DNA of 64,000 bases from Candidatus Nanohaloarchaea archaeon (GTDB lineage: Archaea; Nanohalarchaeota; Nanosalinia; Nanosalinales; Nanosalinaceae): positions 31,634-95,633 of the forward strand of contig JBEQBQ010000001.1 of assembly GCA_041639695.1 (NCBI GenBank). The letters are read 5' to 3'. A program made the position numbers and the translations under genes. Shown one piece after another: positions 57,207-64,000 of this stretch (position 1 is the first letter of the stretch; the number at the start of each line of letters is the position of its first letter). The notes beneath the pieces are model-generated. The model was not told where the DNA came from, made no database searches, and saw nothing but the letters and a program-made list of their open reading frames with translations.

Positions 57207-57212
57207 AATTTT

Positions 57213-57680
57213 TTACTTGCTAACATCTATAGAGTCGGTACTAACTTCTTTTTCAGGGCATTCCGAACTCGATACAATTATCGTATCAGGTATTTTCTCG
57301 GAACGAAGCTCTGTTACTAGTTCATCCCGGACCTCCAGTTCTTTCAGAGTTTTCTGTCCTGTAACTTCCGATCTGTTAAGGGCCACAACCGTTAGATCGT
57401 TGTAGAGGCTGATTGTACCGGTGTTAACGATTTCAACTTCGGCTACGTTACCTGTAATATCGTAGCTAACCGATCTTATGTTAAAGCCGGCGTTTCGACA
57501 TGTAATCTGATTGTTAGCTTGGTCTACGGCTTCTTGGGTGGCGTCTTCTGATATTTCTGGAGCCCAAGAGGAGTAGATTCCGGCTATTGAAACAGCTACT
57601 GCCAGAAGCAGGACAGAGGAAACTAGTGCCGATATTCCTACCGAGTTATGTCGTCCAGCCTGTCCGTTGCTGAAGTGCAT
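57213..57680 (-). CDS. Archaeal type IV pilin-like protein
   Basis: VG/ISALVSSVLLLAVAVSIAGI; paralog of the neighbour (SSWAP); Cys pair. Confidence 0.8.
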   Translation of the reverse strand: MHFSNGQAGRHNSVGISALVSSVLLLAVAVSIAGIYSSWAPEISEDATQEAVDQANNQITCRNAGFNIRSVSYDITGNVAEVEIVNTGTISLYNDLTVVALNRSEVTGQKTLKELEVRDELVTELRSEKIPDTIIVSSSECPEKEVSTDSIDVSK

Positions 57681-58069
57681 CTTGTTGAAAATGTTTTAAC
57701 GTATGAGGGTTTGTCGCTTAGGCTTTCAAGCCTTGTATCGTTCACTTCGCCGTTTGAAAGGTTTAAATTCTCTCCCTGTTTTAGTATAACGTTGTTTGAG
57801 TCGAATGCAGCAACTACAACTTTCTCTAGAGGTACGTTTCCTGTGTTTCTAGCTGTAACAGTTAAATTAGTGCTTGACGAGTTGTAGTAAGCCGATACGG
57901 TATTTATAGAAGCTTTGTCGCAGTTAAGCGTGTTTAGAGTCTGGTTAGTCGTTCTATCGGTCACATCTTCCGCAAGGTTAGGAGCCCATGACGAAAATAT
58001 TACGACCGTTGACATCGTCACCGCAAGTAAAAGTACGGAGGCAACAATAGGAGAGATTCCCTTTCTCAT
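57638..58069 (-). CDS. Archaeal type IV pilin
   Basis: MRKG/ISPIVASVLLLAVT; RNTGNV; Cys pair. Confidence 0.88.
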   Translation of the reverse strand: MRKGISPIVASVLLLAVTMSTVVIFSSWAPNLAEDVTDRTTNQTLNTLNCDKASINTVSAYYNSSSTNLTVTARNTGNVPLEKVVVAAFDSNNVILKQGENLNLSNGEVNDTRLESLSDKPSYVKTFSTRCTSATDRLDDITR

Positions 58070-58122
58070 ACATTTAGAATCCGTTCTGCCGCTATTTAAA
58101 GCCTCCAGAAAATTGTTTTTGA

Positions 58123-59340
58123 TTATAGGAAGAATGTTGTCGCCAGGTATCCTATCGCGAAAAGAACGGCCATGTGTTTAAATCCTGCTTTAAGCTCTCC
58201 TTCTGCCAGTTTACCGATTATAAGTCCTGAGAAGAGAGCCTGGAAGTAGACAAGTCTAGAGAACCATGAGTTGTAAAGTGTTATGTTTTGTTGGAGGCTT
58301 GCGCCGCCACCACCATTTCCAAGAACGGAGAATCCGCCTGAACCTCCTAATGATTGCTGTGCGTCAGCAAGATTAGGCAAAAGATAGTTTGTAAGTGCGA
58401 CAAGAATTCCGATAAAGATAAAGAAGACGATGTATCCGGTAACCATCTCGCCGTAAAGCTGGGATTCTCTTTCCTCCTTCAACTGTTTAATCGTTCTAAT
58501 ATTGTCGCCTACGGATTCCAGCACGTCCTGAATATTTCCTCCGGAGCTGTAAGCCTGTATGATTGTGTCGACTGATCTTCTTACAACGTCTGATTGTGTT
58601 TCCTCTGCAAAGTTTTGTAGAACATCTTCGAAAGGCACTCCCCAGTCGAGCTGGGCGTTCATCTTCTCTATTTTTTCGTCTAAAGGTCCATAGCTTCCTG
58701 TCTCGGTGTTCTGGATTGCTTGGGGGAGAGACATTCCGGCTCTTGTACCTTCAACAACATCTCTCAAGAGCTCCGGGAACTTTTCTTCCATCTTTTTCCT
58801 AGCTACGTACTGCTCGTACTTGACATACATGATCGGTGCCGCCATCAAAAGCAGCGAGAAAATGTTGAACAGTACGAACATTAGCTGCTGGAAGTTGGTC
58901 TGTGAGGTAACTTCGGCGTCCACAAGCGCCTGAGACTGGAATCCAATACTAGGTCTTGTGATTCTTACGGTGTTGTTTACCTGTATCCTTTCTGCACTAG
59001 GTTTTATGAGGGCAGTATTAGAGTCCACGCTATCCAGACTCTCGCCGTTAAGGTAAACATCAACTCCGTTGCCTGAAGAAATGTTCCTGAACGTAAGTGA
59101 AATGGTCGTGCCTTTTGCGAGAGAAGGCTGATTTATCGTGAAATTGAAACTGGCATCCTGTTCGTTATCGATGGTTATAGGCTCCTCCAGCTGGAATTTG
59201 ACCATGTTCTGCTCGCTCTGGTGGAAGTTGAACAGCATCAAGGAAGCTCCAACTATGAAAGCTACTGAGATCAAGACAATAAGTCTTTCATTCTTCCTCC
59301 AGAAGTTCTTTGCCTTCAGCTTCATTCTTTGCTTGTCCAT
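58123..59340 (-). CDS. Type II secretion F (TadC-like) platform protein with extracellular insertion
   Basis: FPELLRDVVEGTRAGMSLPQAI, WGVPFEDVL, SSGGNIQDVL. Confidence 0.88.
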   Translation of the reverse strand: MDKQRMKLKAKNFWRKNERLIVLISVAFIVGASLMLFNFHQSEQNMVKFQLEEPITIDNEQDASFNFTINQPSLAKGTTISLTFRNISSGNGVDVYLNGESLDSVDSNTALIKPSAERIQVNNTVRITRPSIGFQSQALVDAEVTSQTNFQQLMFVLFNIFSLLLMAAPIMYVKYEQYVARKKMEEKFPELLRDVVEGTRAGMSLPQAIQNTETGSYGPLDEKIEKMNAQLDWGVPFEDVLQNFAEETQSDVVRRSVDTIIQAYSSGGNIQDVLESVGDNIRTIKQLKEERESQLYGEMVTGYIVFFIFIGILVALTNYLLPNLADAQQSLGGSGGFSVLGNGGGGASLQQNITLYNSWFSRLVYFQALFSGLIIGKLAEGELKAGFKHMAVLFAIGYLATTFFL

Positions 59341-59341
59341 T

Positions 59342-60265
59342 TTAGTCCACCGTTAATGCGAGGAATGCTACGAATAGAGAGTTTATTGCCGGAATTATTA
59401 TGTGTACGCCAAGCCACATCAGGTCTCTAATAGCAAAACCTCCAATTGAGCCGCCAAGAAGGTTCATAACCGCCAGTACAACCACGAGGAAGACAGGTGC
59501 CGCGATCAGGATTGCTGTGTAGAAAGATGCGTAGGTCGATAGTTTTTCGATCTCCTTCTCCCTTTCCATGTTGTAGTCGAAAAGCGCCTCGTCCGCTTTC
59601 TCATTAATGTACGACTCGAGATCACCCCCAGTTTCTACAGTTGAAATTATGCCGTAGAGTACTTCGCTCCAGTCTTCGGAAGGTGATTTTTCGGCAACTT
59701 CTTTCAAAGCAGTGGTGAGATCCTCTCCGAATACGTTCACACGTCTTGAAATCTCTTCCGCCTCGTCTGAGATACCTCCGTACTCGTCAAAAGTGGTTAA
59801 TAATTCAAACATCGACTTTGGAGGGATTCCGGATGTCGCAATCGCGCCCAAGTGGTTTAATGCGAAAGGAAGGTTGTCATCGATGTCTTGTTTCCTTGAT
59901 TTAGCTTTCTGCGAAGGATAGATGTACATGAAGCCGAAGATCGCTAGTGCAAGTGCGAAGGGAACTCCTACCACAAATCTCATCGCGTTTAACAGTCCGA
60001 AACCGCTTGAAACTGAGAAAACTATTCCGCCTAGCAGCCCGATAATCGCCGCGAAACAGCTGAAAAGAAATGCCTTAGACATGTAAGTCCTGAATAGGAC
60101 ATCCATATCGGCTTCTTTCAGGTCCTGCTTTACGTCTTGGAAGCTATCGGAGTACTTGTCAACGGTGGGGCCGAATAAAGCATTAGCTGCAGCGTTGATG
60201 TTGTCTGTCTTGGAGGCCTGCTTCAGCCTGTCCAGAAACTTGGACTCAAACGGGTCTTGGCTCAT
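59342..60265 (-). CDS. Type II secretion F (TadB/TadC-like) platform protein
   Basis: IDDNLPFALNHLGAIATSG, FGEDLTTAL, ETGGDL. Confidence 0.88.
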   Translation of the reverse strand: MSQDPFESKFLDRLKQASKTDNINAAANALFGPTVDKYSDSFQDVKQDLKEADMDVLFRTYMSKAFLFSCFAAIIGLLGGIVFSVSSGFGLLNAMRFVVGVPFALALAIFGFMYIYPSQKAKSRKQDIDDNLPFALNHLGAIATSGIPPKSMFELLTTFDEYGGISDEAEEISRRVNVFGEDLTTALKEVAEKSPSEDWSEVLYGIISTVETGGDLESYINEKADEALFDYNMEREKEIEKLSTYASFYTAILIAAPVFLVVVLAVMNLLGGSIGGFAIRDLMWLGVHIIIPAINSLFVAFLALTVD

Positions 60266-60900
60266 TGAACCTTAATTCCATCGTTTTTGAAGACGTATTT
60301 ATGGACTCCGTGGCTGTAGTCGGATCCACGAAGCTTCTTGACAAATATCTGTCTTTCTATCTTGCCCTGGTTTCTATTAACCTCCATCTCGATAATTCCG
60401 TCAGCTATCTCTTCCTCAATCTCTGTGGCTTCACCTTTCTCCGCAACCAAGAAGGTGGTGGCGTTGAGGTTTCTCAACTCTTTTTTGAGAGATAGAAGGT
60501 TTTTCCTAACGTCCTTCCTCGAATCAATATAAAGATCTAAGTCCGTGATAGGGTCTATTACTACGCGTGAAGCGTTGTTTTCTTTGACGCTACCTCTCAC
60601 CATGTCCGGGACTTGTTCGCTCCTGTAAGGATCCATTTTCCTGATGTTAATACTGCCGTCTTCAACCTGCTGGTCGAAACGCCAGTCAAAAGTGTTTGCT
60701 CTAAGTATATCGTCTTCGGTCTCCTGGAAAGAAACGAAAAGACCGTTCTGACCGTCTACTGCACCCCGGTAAAGGAATTCAAGCCCCATGTTAGACTTTC
60801 CCGCACCAGGCTCACCCTTAATCAAAATCATCTGGCCTTCGGGTATACCTCCTCCCAGAAGCCTATCTAGATTATGTATTCCGGATTGGATCTTTCGCAT
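60262..60900 (-). CDS. KaiC/RAD55-like ATPase (ArlH-like position)
   Basis: GIHNLDRLLGGGIP, GEPGAGKS, RVVIDP, ADGII, VKKLRG. Confidence 0.88.
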   Translation of the reverse strand: MRKIQSGIHNLDRLLGGGIPEGQMILIKGEPGAGKSNMGLEFLYRGAVDGQNGLFVSFQETEDDILRANTFDWRFDQQVEDGSINIRKMDPYRSEQVPDMVRGSVKENNASRVVIDPITDLDLYIDSRKDVRKNLLSLKKELRNLNATTFLVAEKGEATEIEEEIADGIIEMEVNRNQGKIERQIFVKKLRGSDYSHGVHKYVFKNDGIKVQ

Positions 60901-60903
60901 TAT

Positions 60904-62913
60904 TTAAGCCTCGAATGGGTTTTCGTCCTGTTTTTTCTCTCCCTTAAATGGGTTTTCCTCTGTTTCATCGTCGAAACGGATTTCGTTTATCTTCTCCCTC
61001 TCCGCTTTAAGCTTTCTCTCTAAATCCTCTACAGGATTTTTTTCCGATCTTTTCTTGTGATCTATAGGTGTTTTAGAATCTATTTCTCTCTCATTTTTTT
61101 CTTCAGGCTTATCTTCAGATGCCGGTTTTTCTTGATCGGCCTTGGAACCTGAGTTTTCGTCCTCGACCTCAGACTCGAAATCCTCCTTCAAGTTATCCTT
61201 CTGCTTGTTATCCTTTTCTATGGCGTCGTCAAGACCTTTCCGGTCTCTCGACAGATCCACTTTTTCCTCGGCCTCAATAATATCATCAAGTTTGTACTCG
61301 TCTTCCTCCGAGTTAACCATCTTCAAGATCTCGTCTTTGTTCTTATAGTATTCTGCAATTACGTCTGAGACTGTATGGAAGTCTTTCACGCCTTTGTCCT
61401 GAAGCCATTCGAGTACCTTTGTCCTACGTTCCATCTCGGTGTTAAGCTTCTGTTTCGATACACCGAAGTCTTTCGAGATCTGGTCAAACAGATAAGGTTC
61501 GCCTCTCTGGTTAAAGCTGTCATCGATCGCTGTCCATGAAAACGCTTCGTTGGTTCTCGCAGAAGCTGATTCGCCGACAACCTTCTGGAGTTCGTGAATG
61601 CCTTTAGCCCTTCTTGCAGATTTCTCTACGCCTTTAGCGTGTGTCATGATAACCATGACATCGATCGCCTCAATTAGGGCGGGGGAAAGCGAGATTGGAG
61701 GCGTAATAAGCCTTTTCACAACTGCGTTTGGTGAGGATGCGTGCATAGTACCGATTGAAGGGTGTCCGGAGGACATACCCTGGAAAAGCACGGATGCCTC
61801 TTCACCACGGACCTCACCGACTACAACGTAGTCCGGGTTCTGCCTGAAAGACTCTTTTAGCAGCTGATCCATGTCTACGTCGCCCTGGCTTGAAGTACCA
61901 AACATCTCTCTTGTAACTGAAGGGATCCAGTTCTCGTGAGGTAGCTGAAGCTCACGAGTGTCCTCAATAGAAACAATTTTGTCCTCTGGAGGAATGAAGG
62001 AAACTATAGAGTTCAAAAATGATGTTTTTCCTGTAGCTGTTCCTCCGCATACAAGTATTGACTGGTTGTACTGCTGACATATCCACATGTATGCCATTAG
62101 TTCGGCGTTCGCAGTACCTAAATCCATTATATCGATCGCGGAGAAAGGTGTATCTTGGAACTTTCTGATCGAGAATGTAGGTCCGTGCGCTGTAACATCT
62201 TCCGTCAGCGATGCGTTTACACGCGAACCATCAGGTAAAGCTCCGTCAAGCAACGGATTGGCATATGAAACATAACGTCCGCAACGTTCCGCAAGTTTAA
62301 TTACAAGGTTTTCGAGTTTATCTCCGTCTTCAAAAACAATATCTGATTTGACCGACCCAAATTCGCTGTGAACAGCGAATATAGGGGTGTTTGTGCCGTC
62401 ACAACCCAGGTCTTCAATATATGGGTCGTGCATGAAAGGTTCGACCTTTCCAAGTCCGACAAAGTCTCTGTAAATATAGTAGAGTATTTTATCGTGCTGT
62501 TCCTCCGATAGACTGATACCTAATTCTAACAGAAGTTCGTTGATCTTGTCCTGAAGATAGTCGATAATCTTTTCTCGGCCATCCAGAGAGCTTAGTGAGA
62601 CATCAATTTTCTCGGAGAGGTTATCTTTGATCTTGTTAAGTGCTTCTTCGTCCGCTTCCTCCAGTTCGGGTTCTATAATTCTATAGATCAGTTCTTTTTG
62701 GTCTTTGTCCCACTTGATGTGTGCGTATGCAAAAGGTTTAATCAGAGGGTATTTTACATCGACATCTGCCATCTTTTCGATATTGGATGTAATCTTTACG
62801 TCTTTCTGGTCGCTTAAAGTAAAGTCTATCCGCTCTCCTGTGTTCTCGAACGCTAAATCTCGCGTATCCTCATCGTCCGAGAAAGCTTCCCTGATTGAGT
62901 CGACCAGTGACAT
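60904..62913 (-). CDS. Type II/IV secretion (VirB11/TadA/ArlI-like) ATPase with charged C-terminal tail
   Basis: LPDGSRVNA, FSIRKF, GGTATGKT, IEDTREL, RQNPDYVVVGEVRG, TMHA. Confidence 0.93.
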   Translation of the reverse strand: MSLVDSIREAFSDDEDTRDLAFENTGERIDFTLSDQKDVKITSNIEKMADVDVKYPLIKPFAYAHIKWDKDQKELIYRIIEPELEEADEEALNKIKDNLSEKIDVSLSSLDGREKIIDYLQDKINELLLELGISLSEEQHDKILYYIYRDFVGLGKVEPFMHDPYIEDLGCDGTNTPIFAVHSEFGSVKSDIVFEDGDKLENLVIKLAERCGRYVSYANPLLDGALPDGSRVNASLTEDVTAHGPTFSIRKFQDTPFSAIDIMDLGTANAELMAYMWICQQYNQSILVCGGTATGKTSFLNSIVSFIPPEDKIVSIEDTRELQLPHENWIPSVTREMFGTSSQGDVDMDQLLKESFRQNPDYVVVGEVRGEEASVLFQGMSSGHPSIGTMHASSPNAVVKRLITPPISLSPALIEAIDVMVIMTHAKGVEKSARRAKGIHELQKVVGESASARTNEAFSWTAIDDSFNQRGEPYLFDQISKDFGVSKQKLNTEMERRTKVLEWLQDKGVKDFHTVSDVIAEYYKNKDEILKMVNSEEDEYKLDDIIEAEEKVDLSRDRKGLDDAIEKDNKQKDNLKEDFESEVEDENSGSKADQEKPASEDKPEEKNEREIDSKTPIDHKKRSEKNPVEDLERKLKAEREKINEIRFDDETEENPFKGEKKQDENPFEA

Positions 62914-62959
62914 CTCTAGTTGAAATTAAGGAGGGCTGTTAATAATGGTTGCCAAATCT

Positions 62960-64000
62960 CTACATCTCCTCGAGGGGCTCGATACCAAGCAGCTCGAGTC
63001 CCTGGTCAGTTACATCCACGAAAAGTTCAACTACTCTTAGACGTCTCTTAGTTGTTTTCTCGTCCTCGCCCAGGACCGGACAGTCATGGTAGAAGCTGTT
63101 GAACTCTTCGGACAGAGTCGAAAGGTAGTTGGCGACCTTCGCAGGATCTCGTTTTTCTGCGGCCGCTTCCACCTTTTCGGGGAACTCGGCCAAGTTCTTC
63201 AATAAGCGGTACTCTTCTTCCGTAAATTTGCCGCTTAACTCACCTCCTTTTTCGGTCTTCTTCAAAATACTTTTTGCGCGTACGTTCGAGTACTGTAGGT
63301 AAGGCCCTGAGTCACCTTCGAACGAAAGAACAGATTCCCAGTCAAACTCGATATCTTTCTGTCTTGAAACAGAAAGGTTGGCGTAACGAATAGCGCCGAG
63401 ACCGACTTTCTCCGCGTTATCAATATCTTTATCCTCTATACGTTTTTCGGCTTCTTTTTCGGCCTTGTCCATTACCTCGGAGAGCTCAATTATGTTGCCC
63501 TTGCTCGAGGACATCGAGCCTTCCTCTAAATGAAGCATTCCGTATGAGATATGCTGATTCTCCATTTCCGTAAAGCTGAACATTTCTGCTGTTTCAAACA
63601 ACTGCTGGAAGTGCAGATCCTGTTCTGAGGCAACGATGTAGAGGTTCTGGTCGAACCCCTCTTTTTCACGTTTCTCGATGTTCGCTATGTCTCTTGAAAT
63701 GTAAAGGGTTGATCCGTCGCTCCTCTTCACAACTGTCGAAGGCAGGTCTGATTCGAACTCGACGTAGACACTTCCGTCTTCGTCTTCCTTGAAGATACCT
63801 TTCTCAAGGCCTTCCTGAATTATCTCTTCAGCTCTTTCCGCAACTTTAGATTCTCCGGTCCAACGATCGAAGCTGATATTCATTCTTTCGTATTCCTTCT
63901 CGTTGTACTCGATCGTGGCTTCTCTAAACTTTTCCCAGATCGAGAAAGCCTCGTCTTCACCTTCTTCTATCTTTTTTGACCATTCTCGGGCTTTTTCCTG
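62960..64000 (-). CDS. argS: Arginine-tRNA ligase, 5'-truncated by the window edge
   Basis: Frame open to base 64000; SDGSTLYISRDIA, EQDLHFQQLF, MSSSKGN, FEGDSGPYLQY, FNSFYH. Confidence 0.96.
   Translation of the reverse strand, partial: QEKAREWSKKIEEGEDEAFSIWEKFREATIEYNEKEYERMNISFDRWTGESKVAERAEEIIQEGLEKGIFKEDEDGSVYVEFESDLPSTVVKRSDGSTLYISRDIANIEKREKEGFDQNLYIVASEQDLHFQQLFETAEMFSFTEMENQHISYGMLHLEEGSMSSSKGNIIELSEVMDKAEKEAEKRIEDKDIDNAEKVGLGAIRYANLSVSRQKDIEFDWESVLSFEGDSGPYLQYSNVRAKSILKKTEKGGELSGKFTEEEYRLLKNLAEFPEKVEAAAEKRDPAKVANYLSTLSEEFNSFYHDCPVLGEDEKTTKRRLRVVELFVDVTDQGLELLGIEPLEEM

Noticed and set aside
57213-62913. Archaellum operon
   Set aside because: No archaellin, ArlF/G or single ArlJ; the split platform proteins and short pilins fit a pilus

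Overview
Gene-dense archaeal chromosome segment with very acidic proteins, short or overlapping intergenic gaps and GAGGTGA-type RBSs. This fits a halophilic DPANN archaeon (Nanohaloarchaeota-like; inference). Housekeeping content: Trm5, Dph5, Alba, GpmI, FEN1, EF-1beta, NMD3, the aIF-1A/RIO1/KH/Top6B/Top6A cluster, a bacterial-type AspRS, the PolB2 operon, deoxyhypusine synthase, a partial ArgRS and three tRNAs (Arg-GCG, intron-containing Asn-GTT, Phe-GAA). There are two type IV pilus-like loci: 8.4-19.4 kb, with about 13 pilin-like genes including several tiny ORFs missing from the track, and 57.2-62.9 kb. A pilin/beta-propeller/DUF285 adhesin lies at 41.4-43.8 kb. The most striking element is at 52.2-57.2 kb: two tandem three-gene cassettes with the same layout (signal-peptide protein, then twin-arginine protein with phage tail-fibre-like motifs, then signal-less variable adhesin-like protein). 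A third, frameshifted twin-arginine paralog is at 29.9-30.8 kb. No phage genes surround them, so this is a candidate domesticated tail-fibre-like host-attachment system. No rRNA, CRISPR array, integrase or transposase was recognised. All calls come from reading motifs by eye; no searches were run.
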